Source: an uncultured SAR86 cluster bacterium (GTDB taxonomy: Bacteria > Pseudomonadota > Gammaproteobacteria > Magnimaribacterales > AG-339-G14). Taken from it: a DNA stretch of 64,000 nucleotides. The DNA lies in NCBI GenBank assembly GCA_902587545.1, contig CACILL010000001.1:331300-395299 (forward strand), written 5' to 3'. The notes under the pieces were generated by a model. It did no database searches. It was not told where the DNA came from and saw nothing but the letters and a program-made list of their open reading frames with translations. Positions 19,981 to 29,567 of this stretch are shown here, in pieces. Within the stretch, counting starts at the first letter, position 1. Every line of letters starts with the position of its first letter. A program made the translations under genes and the position numbers.

Positions 19981-21129
19981 ATGAAGGAAATTAAATTTAA
20001 TAATTCAATAAGCTCAATAGACAAAGAAAACTGGAACAAACTAATTCCAGATAATGATTACCCTTTTTTAAAATATGAATTTCTTGAGCTGCTTGAAAAA
20101 ACAAATTGTGTCGGAAAAAATACTGGTTGGCATCCTGCACACATCTCTGTAGAAGACAATTCTGAAATCTTAGGGGCAATGCCGCTCTACATTAAAACTG
20201 ATTCCTCTGGCGAGTTTGTTTTTGACTACTCTTGGGCAAACGCTTTTTATCAACATGGCTTGGATTATTACCCTAAATTGGTCTCCTCTATACCCTTTAC
20301 TCCTGCTACGGGCCCGAGAATTCTTCATCAAGATAAAGAATCCGCTGATCAAATATTTTCTTTGATTCTTTCTGGTGTAAAAAAGCTTAGCGTGGAAAAT
20401 AATATATCTTCCTGGCATGTCTTGTTTCCAGAAGAAAAGGACATAGGAGTCTTTTCTGAGAAATCTCTCAGTGTTAGAAAAAATGCTCAGTTTATTTGGT
20501 TTAATGAAAATTTTAATACATTCGATGACTTCGTTGACACTTTCAGATCTAGACATCGAAAAAACGTAAAAAAAGAAAGAGAAAAAGTTTTTAACCAAGG
20601 TATAGACATACAAACTTTCTCAGGAACTGATTTAAACCAGGAGTTGATGATGCAGTTTTATGAATTTTATTTATCAACAAATTTAAAACGCAGTGGGCAT
20701 TTCGGATATCTCACAAAAGAATTTTTTGAAGGATGCCTTGACACGATAAATGAAAATATCGTTCTTGTCCTTGCAAAAGATACAAACAGTGATTCTATGG
20801 TAGGAGGATCAATGTTTTTTAAAGATAAAGAAAATTTGTATGGACGTTATTGGGGCTGCTCAGCTGAGTACGATTGCTTACATTTTGAATGCTGTTACTA
20901 CCAAGGAATAGAATTTGCGATTAAAAATAAACTAAAAAAGTTTGATCCCGGAGTTCAAGGCGAACATAAAATTAAAAGGGGTTTTAAGCCAACTATTACA
21001 TATTCTGCGCATTGGATTTCTGAACCAAACTTTAAAGATGCAATAGAGAATTTTGTGAATAACGAAGAACAACATATAAATGCCTATGTCAAAGCAACCA
21101 GCAAATATCTCCCTTTCAAAAGTATTTAA
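19981..21129 (+). CDS. FemAB-like/BioF2-like GNAT-fold acyltransferase (DUF482 type)
   Basis: 382 aa, YPFLKYEFLELLE...WHP...LYGRYWG pattern as I recall it for the DUF482/FemAB_like family. Recognition by memory only. Confidence 0.65.
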   Translation: MKEIKFNNSISSIDKENWNKLIPDNDYPFLKYEFLELLEKTNCVGKNTGWHPAHISVEDNSEILGAMPLYIKTDSSGEFVFDYSWANAFYQHGLDYYPKLVSSIPFTPATGPRILHQDKESADQIFSLILSGVKKLSVENNISSWHVLFPEEKDIGVFSEKSLSVRKNAQFIWFNENFNTFDDFVDTFRSRHRKNVKKEREKVFNQGIDIQTFSGTDLNQELMMQFYEFYLSTNLKRSGHFGYLTKEFFEGCLDTINENIVLVLAKDTNSDSMVGGSMFFKDKENLYGRYWGCSAEYDCLHFECCYYQGIEFAIKNKLKKFDPGVQGEHKIKRGFKPTITYSAHWISEPNFKDAIENFVNNEEQHINAYVKATSKYLPFKSI

Positions 21130-21724
21130 AGATCATAAATCAAAAAAAAAGATTTTTTATCTAGTAAGGAAAGATAAAGATTTGATAGATTTGTTCATCA
21201 ATTTTTCTAATTTTGGGGAATATAAAAGAGACAAAGGATTTAAAGGAATTTTGCAATTGATAATTGAGCAACAGCTCTCTGTTGCATCAGCAAATGCAAT
21301 ATATAAAAAATTAAAGGGGAAAATGCCAAATATCTCTCCAAAATCTTTTTTAAAATTAAAAAGATCAGATCTAAAAAATTGTGGCTTAAGCAAGCAAAAA
21401 ATTAATTACTTAACCGAGTTAGCAAAAAAATGTGAAAAAAAAGAAATAAATTTTAGAAAAATTCATAAAATGGATGATGAAAATCTAGTACAAGAAATCA
21501 CAAAAATTAAAGGTATTGGTCCATGGACAGCTCAATGTTACATGCTTGCTTCTTTAAATAGAGATGATGTGTGGCCAGTTGCGGATTTAGGTTTAATGGA
21601 AGCAGTGAAACGAATAAAAAAACTTAAAGAGAGGCCTTCAGAAGAAGATATGGAAAAAATTTCTCAAATTTGGAGACCTTATAGAAGTACTGTAGCTAAT
21701 GTGCTATGGGCATCTTATGACTAA
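21080..21724 (+). CDS. HhH-GPD DNA glycosylase (AlkA-like 3-methyladenine glycosylase II)
   Basis: Helix-hairpin-helix IKGIGPWTAQCYML followed by catalytic-Asp region WPVADLGL. Overlaps the upstream gene by about 50 nt; no later plausible start. Confidence 0.75.
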   Translation: MPMSKQPANISLSKVFKDHKSKKKIFYLVRKDKDLIDLFINFSNFGEYKRDKGFKGILQLIIEQQLSVASANAIYKKLKGKMPNISPKSFLKLKRSDLKNCGLSKQKINYLTELAKKCEKKEINFRKIHKMDDENLVQEITKIKGIGPWTAQCYMLASLNRDDVWPVADLGLMEAVKRIKKLKERPSEEDMEKISQIWRPYRSTVANVLWASYD

Positions 21725-21760
21725 ATTTTACAATGAATAAAATCTCTATAGACTGAATGA

Positions 21761-22201
21761 ATGTTTAAAACCTATCGAAATTTAAAAAGCTTGCATAGCC
21801 TTTATGAGCAAAATTTTGTTTTGATAAATAAGCTCTCTGGTGAGCTCGATAAACATAATAAATTCTCTTTTCAAGTTGGGAATCTTGAAATCAAAAGTAA
21901 GGTAAGCATTTCAAAGAAAGAGCTATCAAAATTTACAGACGAATTAAAATTTCAAATCAAAGATGTTACCGGAATAAAAGACATTGTTATCAAATGCAGA
22001 ATTTATAAGGAAGCTAAAATGATGGAAGTGATTGAATTTCAAAATTTTCATAAAGATTTGTTGTCTATTTTTAAAATAAAAAAAATGAATTTCGAAAAAG
22101 ACGAACGTCTTCAATGGAATCTTTTTATGAATCAATTTTTGAATTATTCTATTCTTCATGGAAGAGCAATTGAAGATTATTTACCTTCACGGGTTCAATA
22201 G
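21761..22201 (+). CDS. DUF1249 (YqiB-like) protein
   Basis: LYEQNFVLINKL ... CRIYKEAKMMEV ... NQFLNYSILHG parallels E. coli YqiB (LCEMNFSQLRRL ... RLYHDAMVAEV ... NQFLADWLRYCLAHG). It precedes a yqiA-like gene as in E. coli. Confidence 0.75.
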   Translation: MFKTYRNLKSLHSLYEQNFVLINKLSGELDKHNKFSFQVGNLEIKSKVSISKKELSKFTDELKFQIKDVTGIKDIVIKCRIYKEAKMMEVIEFQNFHKDLLSIFKIKKMNFEKDERLQWNLFMNQFLNYSILHGRAIEDYLPSRVQ

Positions 22202-22733
22202 TTCAGCAGAATCAAAAAAATCAAAAATTTTAGATTCTTATTTAGAAAAAGAAAAACTAATTAATTTAGAATCTCCGAACTTAAATAACTCTCCTAAAAA
22301 AGCAATCTCTCAAATAGAAAAAATAATCAGAGAAAGTTCAAGTAGGGTCTGTTTAATAGGAAGTTCTCTCGGGGGGCTTTATGCAACTTTTGTTGCAGAT
22401 AAATACAATCTTAAATCAGTGACCATTAATCCAGTGGTGACGAATCACATCTCTGGAATGAGAGATCTAGTGGGTTCACATAAAAACTTTCACTCGGAAG
22501 AAGAATATGAATTTACATTGAAAGACTACTTTGATTTGCAAAAATTAGGGTTAGAAGAACTTAAGAAGCCTTTAAATCACTTCTGTCTAATTAAGATGTC
22601 CGATGAAGTCTTGGATCACAATATAACTTTTGACTTTTTTTCAAAATCTTATGTACTAAGTGAAAAAGGGGGGAATCATAGTTACGATGATTTTTTTGCA
22701 AAAATTCCTTTGATTTTAGACTATATGTACTAA
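22158..22733 (+). CDS. yqiA: YqiA-type alpha/beta-hydrolase esterase
   Basis: IIYLHGFNSS and nucleophile elbow GSSLGG. About 190 aa. Confidence 0.75.
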   Translation: MEEQLKIIYLHGFNSSAESKKSKILDSYLEKEKLINLESPNLNNSPKKAISQIEKIIRESSSRVCLIGSSLGGLYATFVADKYNLKSVTINPVVTNHISGMRDLVGSHKNFHSEEEYEFTLKDYFDLQKLGLEELKKPLNHFCLIKMSDEVLDHNITFDFFSKSYVLSEKGGNHSYDDFFAKIPLILDYMY

Positions 22734-22834
22734 AATAGTGCAAAATAAGCTCTAAATAAAGACAAAAAATGCACTATTTTACAGCAATTAGTTTGTTAAT
22801 ATTTTCTCCTAATTTTATTTATACGGAGAATATA

Positions 22835-23815
22835 ATGTCAGATTTTAAAACGTACGAATATATTTGGCTAGACGGATACACTCCCGAAGCAAATATGCGA
22901 AGTAAAGTAAAAGCTACTGATGAAGATACAGCACCAGACTGGTCTTTTGATGGTTCATCAACACTACAAGCAGAAGGAGGAAGTTCAGATTGTCTTCTCT
23001 TGCCTGTGCAAACTTACGAAAACCCTAATGGGCATGACTTAGTAATGACTCAGGTACAGGCAGCAGATCATACTACTCACCCTTCAAATTTTAGAGCTGC
23101 AGCTGCAGAAGTTGTTACGGATGAATGGTGGTTTGGATTCGAACAAGAATTTTTCTTCACCGATGCGAAGACAGGAGAACCACTTGGTTGGGAAGACGGA
23201 ACTCCTAGAGAACAAGGTGAGTATTACTGTGGTGTAGGGGCTAGTAATGTTGTGGGCAGAGAAATTTCAGACGCTCACTTACATGCTTGTCTTGATCTTG
23301 GAATCACTCTAACAGGAACTAATGCTGAGGTTGCCTTAGGACAATGGGAGTACCAATGTTTTGGAAAAGGTATTAAAGCTGCAGATGACCTATGGATAAG
23401 CAGATATCTTTTGTTCAAAATTGCCGAAGAATTTGGTGTCGGTGTGAATATTCATCCGAAGCCTAAGACTGGGGACTGGAATGGTTCAGGTATGCACACT
23501 AACTTTTCTAACGAAGAAATGAGATCAAAGGGTTCAAAAGAATTATTTGAAGGAATGTGTGAAAAACTTGGAAAAGTCCACGAAGAAGGAATAGCTTCTT
23601 ATGGTTCAGATAATGATATGAGATTAACGGGATTACACGAAACTCAAAAAATCACAGAATTTTCATATGGTGTAAGTGACAGAGGAGCTAGTATAAGAAT
23701 TCCAGTTTATACGGTTGAACACGACTGGAATGGCTATTTAGAAGATAGAAGACCTGCTTCAAATGCAGATCCATATAAAATTTTGGCTCACATTGTAGGT
23801 ACTCTTACTAAATAA
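22835..23815 (+). CDS. glnII: glutamine synthetase, type II (GlnII, eukaryote-like)
   Basis: YEYIWLDGYTP, WSFDGSSTLQAEGGSSDC, WFGFEQEFF, GTNAEVALGQWEYQ, DWNGSGMHTNFS, and YLEDRRPASNADPY all parallel Rhizobium GlnII and eukaryotic GS. The ATG at 22835 is preceded by GGAGA (22825-22829). The 22-codon extension from 22769 in the ORF track has no counterpart in GS sequences. Confidence 0.9.
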   Translation: MSDFKTYEYIWLDGYTPEANMRSKVKATDEDTAPDWSFDGSSTLQAEGGSSDCLLLPVQTYENPNGHDLVMTQVQAADHTTHPSNFRAAAAEVVTDEWWFGFEQEFFFTDAKTGEPLGWEDGTPREQGEYYCGVGASNVVGREISDAHLHACLDLGITLTGTNAEVALGQWEYQCFGKGIKAADDLWISRYLLFKIAEEFGVGVNIHPKPKTGDWNGSGMHTNFSNEEMRSKGSKELFEGMCEKLGKVHEEGIASYGSDNDMRLTGLHETQKITEFSYGVSDRGASIRIPVYTVEHDWNGYLEDRRPASNADPYKILAHIVGTLTK

Positions 23816-23838
23816 GTCGCAAAAGTGTAAAAATGTAT

Positions 23839-23892
23839 GAGACCAAAGGAATAACTCTTGCAAAAGAAGTTAAGAGTTTATTCCTAGGTCTC
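23839..23892 (+). terminator. long imperfect hairpin between glnII and ntrB (terminator/attenuator-like)
   Basis: GAGACC-aa-AGGAATAA-CTCTT / 12-nt loop / AAGAG-t-TTATTCCT-a-GGTCTC gives about 19 paired positions. It is followed by a U-containing but not canonical tract (AACATTTCTTGTT). Confidence 0.45.
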
Positions 23893-23935
23893 AACATTTC
23901 TTGTTCCATAGATTTAAATTTAATGGTTTTCAGAG

Positions 23936-25030
23936 ATGATTTTTTTTGAAAATATTTTAGATGAGTTATCAGCAAAAATTCTTGTTACTGACGATAACTT
24001 GGATGTCCTATTTCTTAATAAATCAGCTGAAGACTATCTGTGTACTACTCTTGAGGAATCAAAAGGAGAAAACATAGACAAAGTTTTTAAAGAAAAAATT
24101 AGTAATGAATTGGAACTCCAAGAAATTTTAGAGAACAAAAAGTCCCTAAAACGTCACATTACGACAATTTTTTTAAAAGACAATCTTCAAAAAAAGGCTT
24201 CTTTCACTGCTTCCTACTTTGCTAATGAAGAATTCAAAGGAATTATTTTTGAATTTTTTGATAATTCTAAGCCTGAGTCTATTGCTGATAAAATGAAGAA
24301 AAGAACTGCAGCATCAGTGACTCAAGCCTTCTCTAGGGGCCTTGCGCACGAGATCAAAAATCCATTAAGCGGTATTCGTGGTGCAGCTCAGTTACTGGCT
24401 CAAAAAATTGAAGATCCAAAGAAAAATAAGTTAGCAAATATTATTCTCAAGGAGTCTGACAGACTTGCAGGCATCGTAAACAAGGTTTCTGATAATGGTT
24501 TTAAACTGGAACAGACTTTTCAAAACATTCATACCATCCTGGAAAAAATTCCCGCTTTTGTAAAAAACATAGAAAATCAAAGGGTCCAAATTGTTAAAGA
24601 TTATGATCCTAGTTTGCCTCTAATTGAAATCGACAACGCTCTTATTTCTCAAGTATTTTTTAACTTAGCGACCAATTCTATTGAAGCGTTTAAAAAAAAT
24701 AATTCTTCAGGAAAAATTACTATAAGAAGTAGAGTTGCTTATGAAGTCTTCATTAACAACAAAAAATATAATACCGCCTGCCAAGTAGAATTTATTGATA
24801 ATGGTCCGGGCATTCCAGATGACATTATTGATTCTGTTTTCTTCCCTTTAGTTTCATCAAAAGAAATTGCCTCAGGATTAGGCTTATCCATTGTTAAAGG
24901 GATTATCAATCAGCACCACGGATCTATTGATTGTTCTAGTGATGATACAGGAACAACATTCACAATTCTTTTACCTATTTCAGAAATAAACTTTGAAAAG
25001 ACAAAAGCAAGCGAAGGGATAAATGGCTAA
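23936..25030 (+). CDS. glnL: nitrogen regulation sensor histidine kinase NtrB
   Basis: N-terminal PAS-like region, H-box HEIKNPLSGIRGAAQLL, N-box NLATNSIEA, and G-boxes DNGPGIP and GLGLSIV. Confidence 0.88.
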   Translation: MIFFENILDELSAKILVTDDNLDVLFLNKSAEDYLCTTLEESKGENIDKVFKEKISNELELQEILENKKSLKRHITTIFLKDNLQKKASFTASYFANEEFKGIIFEFFDNSKPESIADKMKKRTAASVTQAFSRGLAHEIKNPLSGIRGAAQLLAQKIEDPKKNKLANIILKESDRLAGIVNKVSDNGFKLEQTFQNIHTILEKIPAFVKNIENQRVQIVKDYDPSLPLIEIDNALISQVFFNLATNSIEAFKKNNSSGKITIRSRVAYEVFINNKKYNTACQVEFIDNGPGIPDDIIDSVFFPLVSSKEIASGLGLSIVKGIINQHHGSIDCSSDDTGTTFTILLPISEINFEKTKASEGING

Positions 25031-26420
25031 AAATAAAAAAATCTGGATTGCCGATGACGATGAATCAATAAGATTTGTTCTGGAATCGGGTTTATCAGAA
25101 GCTGGTTTTAACGTTTCGACTTTTGAAGACGGTAACGAAGTTGTCAATAAGTTAGATATCGAATCACCCCACCTATTGCTTACCGATTTAAAAATGCCGG
25201 GTAGAGATGGAATGGATTTATTAGAAACTTTTCGTAATGAGCATCAAAAAATCCCCATTATTATTATGACCGCACATTCTGATTTAGATACTACCGTAGA
25301 AGCTTTTGAAGCAGGAGCTTGGGATTACATAGCCAAACCTTTCGATTTAAATACAGCAATAGAAAAAATTAATAAGGCTATCTCTGAGAAGAAAAATGTT
25401 CAAAAGAAACTTACAGAAAAAGAAGAGATAAGCCTCAGGGCAGGAAAAATTCTTGGAAAGTCACCTGCTATGCAAGATTTGTTTAATTCCATAGGGAAAT
25501 TGTCTCACTCTGACAGCACAGTATTATTGGTCGGCGAGTCAGGAACCGGAAAAGAATTAGTTTCTCAAGCGATTTTTGAGCACTCAGATAGATCAAATAA
25601 AAAGCTTATTTCGCTTAATGTAGCTGATATACCTGTTGAGCTATTAGAGTCTGAATTATTTGGTCATGAAAAAGGGGCATTCAAAGGTGCCGGTGATCAG
25701 AGGATAGGTAGATTTGAGCAAGCTGATAAAGGAACTTTGTTTTTAGACGAAGTTGGAGATATGCCTCTAGAAACTCAAACTAGATTAATAAGAGTTTTAT
25801 CAAGTGGTGAATTTTATAGAATTGGGGGAAATAGCCCTATTAAAGTTGATGTCAGGATTATTGCTGCTACAAACCAAAATCTCGAAGAGAAAGTTAGAAA
25901 TGGATCATTTCGAGAAGATCTTTATCACAGACTTAATGTCATCAAAATAAATTTACCTCCTTTAAGAGATAGAAAAGAAGATATTCTTTTGTTAACCAGT
26001 TATTTTTTGAAGAAGTTTTCTGAAGAAGCAAAAATCAAAGTTAAAGTTCTCAGCAAAGAAGTTGAAGAGTTATTTGAAAATTTAATCTGGCCAGGAAATG
26101 TTTTGCAGTTACAAAATGTTTGCCAGTCACTAACTTTATTATCCTCTGGTCAAGAGATTTCAATAAGTGATATTCCTAAAGACCTTTCTTTGCAGCGAAA
26201 AGGTCCAGAAATGAGTTGGAGCGATATGCTTGAATCATGGGCATCAAAAAAACTTCTTAAAGGTGATGATCATATTCTCAATAGCGCTACCCCAATATTT
26301 GAAGGTACTATGATTAAAGCGGCATTGAAAGTGACAAAAGGTAAAAAAAGTGAAGCAGCTAAGCTATTGGGCTGGGGAAGAAATACTCTAGCTCGAAAGA
26401 TTACTGAACTCGACCTTTAG
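25023..26420 (+). CDS. glnG: NtrC-type response regulator / AAA+ enhancer-binding protein with variant GAFKGA loop
   Basis: Receiver LLLTDLKMPGRDG, Walker A GESGTGKE, ESELFGHEKGAFKGA, Walker B GTLFLDEVGDM, and C-terminal HTH AAKLLGWGRNTLARKI. Near-collinear with E. coli NtrC. Confidence 0.9.
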   Translation: MAKNKKIWIADDDESIRFVLESGLSEAGFNVSTFEDGNEVVNKLDIESPHLLLTDLKMPGRDGMDLLETFRNEHQKIPIIIMTAHSDLDTTVEAFEAGAWDYIAKPFDLNTAIEKINKAISEKKNVQKKLTEKEEISLRAGKILGKSPAMQDLFNSIGKLSHSDSTVLLVGESGTGKELVSQAIFEHSDRSNKKLISLNVADIPVELLESELFGHEKGAFKGAGDQRIGRFEQADKGTLFLDEVGDMPLETQTRLIRVLSSGEFYRIGGNSPIKVDVRIIAATNQNLEEKVRNGSFREDLYHRLNVIKINLPPLRDRKEDILLLTSYFLKKFSEEAKIKVKVLSKEVEELFENLIWPGNVLQLQNVCQSLTLLSSGQEISISDIPKDLSLQRKGPEMSWSDMLESWASKKLLKGDDHILNSATPIFEGTMIKAALKVTKGKKSEAAKLLGWGRNTLARKITELDL

Positions 26421-26860
26421 TTTACCAGGGGTAATTTTTCCGAAACCCAATTATTGATTCCGCCCTTTAGAACGAAAACACTAATTTCTTCTTTTTTTAA
26501 ATCTGAAGCCATGCGAGATGAATTTGTCCCATTCTGACAAACCAATATTACTGGTTTGCCATCAGCTTTCGCTATTTCCTTCTTACAAACATCTAAATCA
26601 GGACCAACATGTCTTGCTTGACTAATTTTTCCTTCATCGAATTCTTTTTGAGATCTAATATCAATAACGAGAGCATTCTTTTTATTAATCAAAACAACTC
26701 CCTTATGAGGTTCTAAATTAATTGCTTTCGAAATCCTATCCAACAGGTAAAGAGCAAATAATGAAAAGATTAAAGGAATAACAATAAACCAATTGTCGAT
26801 TAAAAATTCAATAAAATATGGCATAAGCGCGATATGATAAACGTAAAACTGATTTGACAC
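26417..26860 (-). CDS. membrane-anchored single-domain rhodanese (sulfurtransferase)
   Basis: N-terminal TM ([17 protein letters not shown]) plus rhodanese fold with active-site loop CQNGTNS. The start is ambiguous: GTG 26860 or ATG 26824. Confidence 0.75.
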   Translation of the reverse strand: MSNQFYVYHIALMPYFIEFLIDNWFIVIPLIFSLFALYLLDRISKAINLEPHKGVVLINKKNALVIDIRSQKEFDEGKISQARHVGPDLDVCKKEIAKADGKPVILVCQNGTNSSRMASDLKKEEISVFVLKGGINNWVSEKLPLVN

Positions 26861-26861
26861 T

Positions 26862-27479
26862 ATGAATTCGGAAGAAAATTTTTCTCACTTAGTTCTTGTA
26901 AGGCATGGACAAAGTGAGTGGAATGCAAAGAATCTCTTCACAGGTTGGAAAAATCCAGGCCTCACCGAAAAAGGTTTGGAAGAGGCAAAAATCACAGGAG
27001 AAAAAATAAAAGAACAAAACATTATTTTTGATATCCACTTTACCTCGGAACTAAAAAGGGCTCAGTTAACAGGGGAAATAATTCTTTCTGAAATAGAACA
27101 AGAATCTTTAGAGACAGTAAAAAATATCGCTTTAAATGAAAGAGACTACGGTGAATTGTCTGGACTTAATAAAGATGAATCCAGAGAGAAATGGGGAGAG
27201 GAACAGATTCATATTTGGAGAAGATCTTTTGATCAGCCTCCACCAGGTGGAGAAAGTTTAAAAGATACTGCCGATAGAGTTATTCCGTATTTTGAGAAAG
27301 TTATAGAGCCCTTTCTTAATGAAAAAAAGAATGTACTGATATGTGCTCATGGAAACTCTCTTAGAGCGCTTGTAATGCATATAGAAAAAATATCACCTGA
27401 AGAGATTGTTAAAATAGAAATAGCTACGGGTGAACCTATTTTTTACAAATTCCAGAATAAAGAATTTTTCAGAAGTTAG
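26862..27479 (+). CDS. gpmA: 2,3-bisphosphoglycerate-dependent phosphoglycerate mutase (short form)
   Basis: [20 protein letters not shown] and [10 protein letters not shown] histidine-phosphatase motifs. Confidence 0.85.
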   Translation: MNSEENFSHLVLVRHGQSEWNAKNLFTGWKNPGLTEKGLEEAKITGEKIKEQNIIFDIHFTSELKRAQLTGEIILSEIEQESLETVKNIALNERDYGELSGLNKDESREKWGEEQIHIWRRSFDQPPPGGESLKDTADRVIPYFEKVIEPFLNEKKNVLICAHGNSLRALVMHIEKISPEEIVKIEIATGEPIFYKFQNKEFFRS

Positions 27480-28234
27480 AGTCTTACTTCAAAACCTTCA
27501 TTTTGCAGAGCTTGTTTAACTTTTTTAATCGAAATTTCCTCGTAATGAAAAATACTAGCTGCAAGTAAAGCGTCAGCTTTTCCAAGCTTTACGGCATCAA
27601 CTAAATGAGAAAGTTCTCCAGCTCCGCCAGATGCGATAACAGGAATCGATAAATTCTTTGAAAGCTGCATATACAAGTCATTATCAAAACCGCTTTTAGT
27701 TCCATCTTTGTCCATAGAGGTCATGAGAATTTCTCCCGCACCTAAATCCTGACCTTTTTTTGCCCACTCAATAGCATCTAATTCGGTTTTGTTTTTTCCA
27801 CCGTGAGTATAGACATTCCAGATTTCCCCATCCTGCTTAGCATCTATAGCTAAAACAATACATTGAGCTCCATACTCTTTGGAAGCCTCCGCTATAAGAT
27901 CAGGCTTTAAAATAGCACTTGTATTAATAGAAACTTTATCAGCCCCCGATTTTAGAAGCATATCAATATCTTTAAGAGATTTTATTCCACCTCCAACAGT
28001 AAATGGGATGAAGACTTGCGAGGCTATTGATTTAACAGTCTCAATTGTGGTGGAACGTTCCTCAAAAGACGCATCGATATCCAACATGCATATCTCATCA
28101 GCACCTTCAGCATCGTATCTTTTAGCAGCTTCTGCTGGATCTCCAGCGTCAACAATATCCTTGAAATTAATACCTTTTACTACTCTTCCCCCTCTGACAT
28201 CTAAACAAGGGATAATTCGAACTGCTAAACTCAT
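27476..28234 (-). CDS. hisF: imidazole glycerol phosphate synthase cyclase subunit
   Basis: RIIPCLDV, and GADEI...DI. Canonical HisF, downstream of hisA. Confidence 0.95.
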   Translation of the reverse strand: MSLAVRIIPCLDVRGGRVVKGINFKDIVDAGDPAEAAKRYDAEGADEICMLDIDASFEERSTTIETVKSIASQVFIPFTVGGGIKSLKDIDMLLKSGADKVSINTSAILKPDLIAEASKEYGAQCIVLAIDAKQDGEIWNVYTHGGKNKTELDAIEWAKKGQDLGAGEILMTSMDKDGTKSGFDNDLYMQLSKNLSIPVIASGGAGELSHLVDAVKLGKADALLAASIFHYEEISIKKVKQALQNEGFEVRL

Positions 28235-28237
28235 TTT

Positions 28238-28954
28238 TTAAAACATCTCTAAGGCTTCTTTGAAGTTTATTTTATTTTCATAAAGCGAAACACCGCAGAT
28301 AGCTCCGATAACGTTGGGAATTTTTGAAAGATTTGTTAAATCGTTTATGTCTTTTACTCCTCCCGAAGCAATAACAGGAAAAGGAGATAATTTTGCAACT
28401 TCAGATGTTTCTTCTAAATTTGGCCCCGAAAGCATACCGTCTTTATTAATGTCTGTATAAATAATTGATTTGATAGGCAGATCTTTATAAGAACTGATTA
28501 GTTCTGAGGCTGACAATTTTGAAGCTTCTGTCCATGCTTCCGCAGCAAGAAAACCATTTATTGCATCGATACCCAAAATGATTTTTTCCGGAAAAGTTAT
28601 ACAGGCTTTAGTAAATAGTTCTTTATCCTTAATTGCAATGCTTCCTAAGATTACATTATCAACGCCAGATGAAAAGATTAAATCTAGGGTTTCCAGATCT
28701 CTTACTCCTCCTCCTAGTTGAAGATTTACGTCTGGGAATTTTGCTTTGATCTCTAAAATACTTTCTAAGTTCTCAGGTTTGCCTGACTTGGCACCGTCTA
28801 AATCGACCAAATGCAGTCTTTTTGTTCCTTCTTTTATCCAATGGGTTGCTGCATCGATGGGTTTTTCAAAATAAACTTTAGTTGAGGACAAGTCTCCTTT
28901 TTGCAAACGAACACATTTTCCACTTTGAATATCAATTGCAGGAATTGGCAGCAT
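28238..28954 (-). CDS. hisA: ProFAR isomerase
   Basis: LPIPAIDIQSGKCVRLQKGD, LHLVDLDGA. Confidence 0.95.
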   Translation of the reverse strand: MLPIPAIDIQSGKCVRLQKGDLSSTKVYFEKPIDAATHWIKEGTKRLHLVDLDGAKSGKPENLESILEIKAKFPDVNLQLGGGVRDLETLDLIFSSGVDNVILGSIAIKDKELFTKACITFPEKIILGIDAINGFLAAEAWTEASKLSASELISSYKDLPIKSIIYTDINKDGMLSGPNLEETSEVAKLSPFPVIASGGVKDINDLTNLSKIPNVIGAICGVSLYENKINFKEALEMF

Positions 28955-29563
28955 TTAAATTTTCCAATTGATAAAATTTTCTAAAAATTTAAGACCTATC
29001 TCTCCACTTTTTTCCGGATGAAATTGAGTAGCAAAAATGTTTTCAGTGGCTAACGACGAAACAAACTCTTCTCCATAATGTGTAGTGGTGATACTGGTTT
29101 CTGTGTTTGAAGCCACAAAAGAATGAACAAAATAAAAAAACTGTTTATCTTCTATTCCTGAAAATAATTCGTGTTTTTTTTCAATCTTTACATTATTCCA
29201 ACCCATGTGAGGTATTTTTAGATTTTCTTTATTTATGTCTTTTATTTTAGTGATGCTTCCATTAATTACACCTAAACCGTTCTCTTTGCTTTCTTCACTT
29301 GAATCAAAGAGGATTTGAAGACCTAAACAAATTCCAAGAAAAGGTTTCCTTTTAATTGCATCCAATAAAGGATTAATCATTTCCGTTTCATTTAATTTTT
29401 TTACGCAAGAGCCCATTGAACCTTGTCCTGGAAAAACAAGCTTATCGATACTTTTAAATTTATCAGGAGTATCGACAATTGAAACTTTTGAACCAAGTGA
29501 TTTAAGAGCTCTAGCTACTGAATGTATGTTGCTGGCCCCATAATCAACTACTCCAAGGTGCAT
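28955..29563 (-). CDS. hisH: imidazole glycerol phosphate synthase glutaminase subunit
   Basis: VVDYGASNIHSV, nucleophile region GICLGLQIL, and FATQFHPEKS. The ATG at 29563 lies 4 nt after the hisB stop; the 12-codon extension in the ORF track is not HisH-like. Confidence 0.92.
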   Translation of the reverse strand: MHLGVVDYGASNIHSVARALKSLGSKVSIVDTPDKFKSIDKLVFPGQGSMGSCVKKLNETEMINPLLDAIKRKPFLGICLGLQILFDSSEESKENGLGVINGSITKIKDINKENLKIPHMGWNNVKIEKKHELFSGIEDKQFFYFVHSFVASNTETSITTTHYGEEFVSSLATENIFATQFHPEKSGEIGLKFLENFINWKI

Positions 29564-29567
29564 TAAT

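Noticed and set aside
20170-20613. 147-aa minus-strand ORF inside the FemAB-like gene
   Set aside because: It is fully contained antisense to a 382-aa ORF with a family-like pattern. It has no RBS and an unremarkable composition.
22750-22800. Possible NtrC boxes upstream of glnII (GTGCAAAATAAGC and TGCACTATTTTACAGCA)
   Set aside because: TGCACTATTTTACAGCA matches TGCACCA-N3-TGGTGCA at only about 10 of 14 positions, and the second half-site is poor. There is no GG-N10-GC element downstream. It is too degenerate in AT-rich DNA to call.
22769-22834. N-terminal extensions offered by the ORF track for glnII (22769), hisH (29599), DUF4345 (32072), SDR (42738), ABM (43557), GST (47245) and DUF3450 (60333)
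   Set aside because: In each case an internal ATG with a better SD-like sequence gives an N-terminus collinear with the family, and the extension has no homologous counterpart. Several extensions begin at TTG. For DUF3450 the extension overlaps the leader hairpin.
27879-28241. 120-aa plus-strand ORF antisense to hisF
   Set aside because: hisF is unambiguous, and the antisense translation is Ser/Ile/Ala-rich with no motif.
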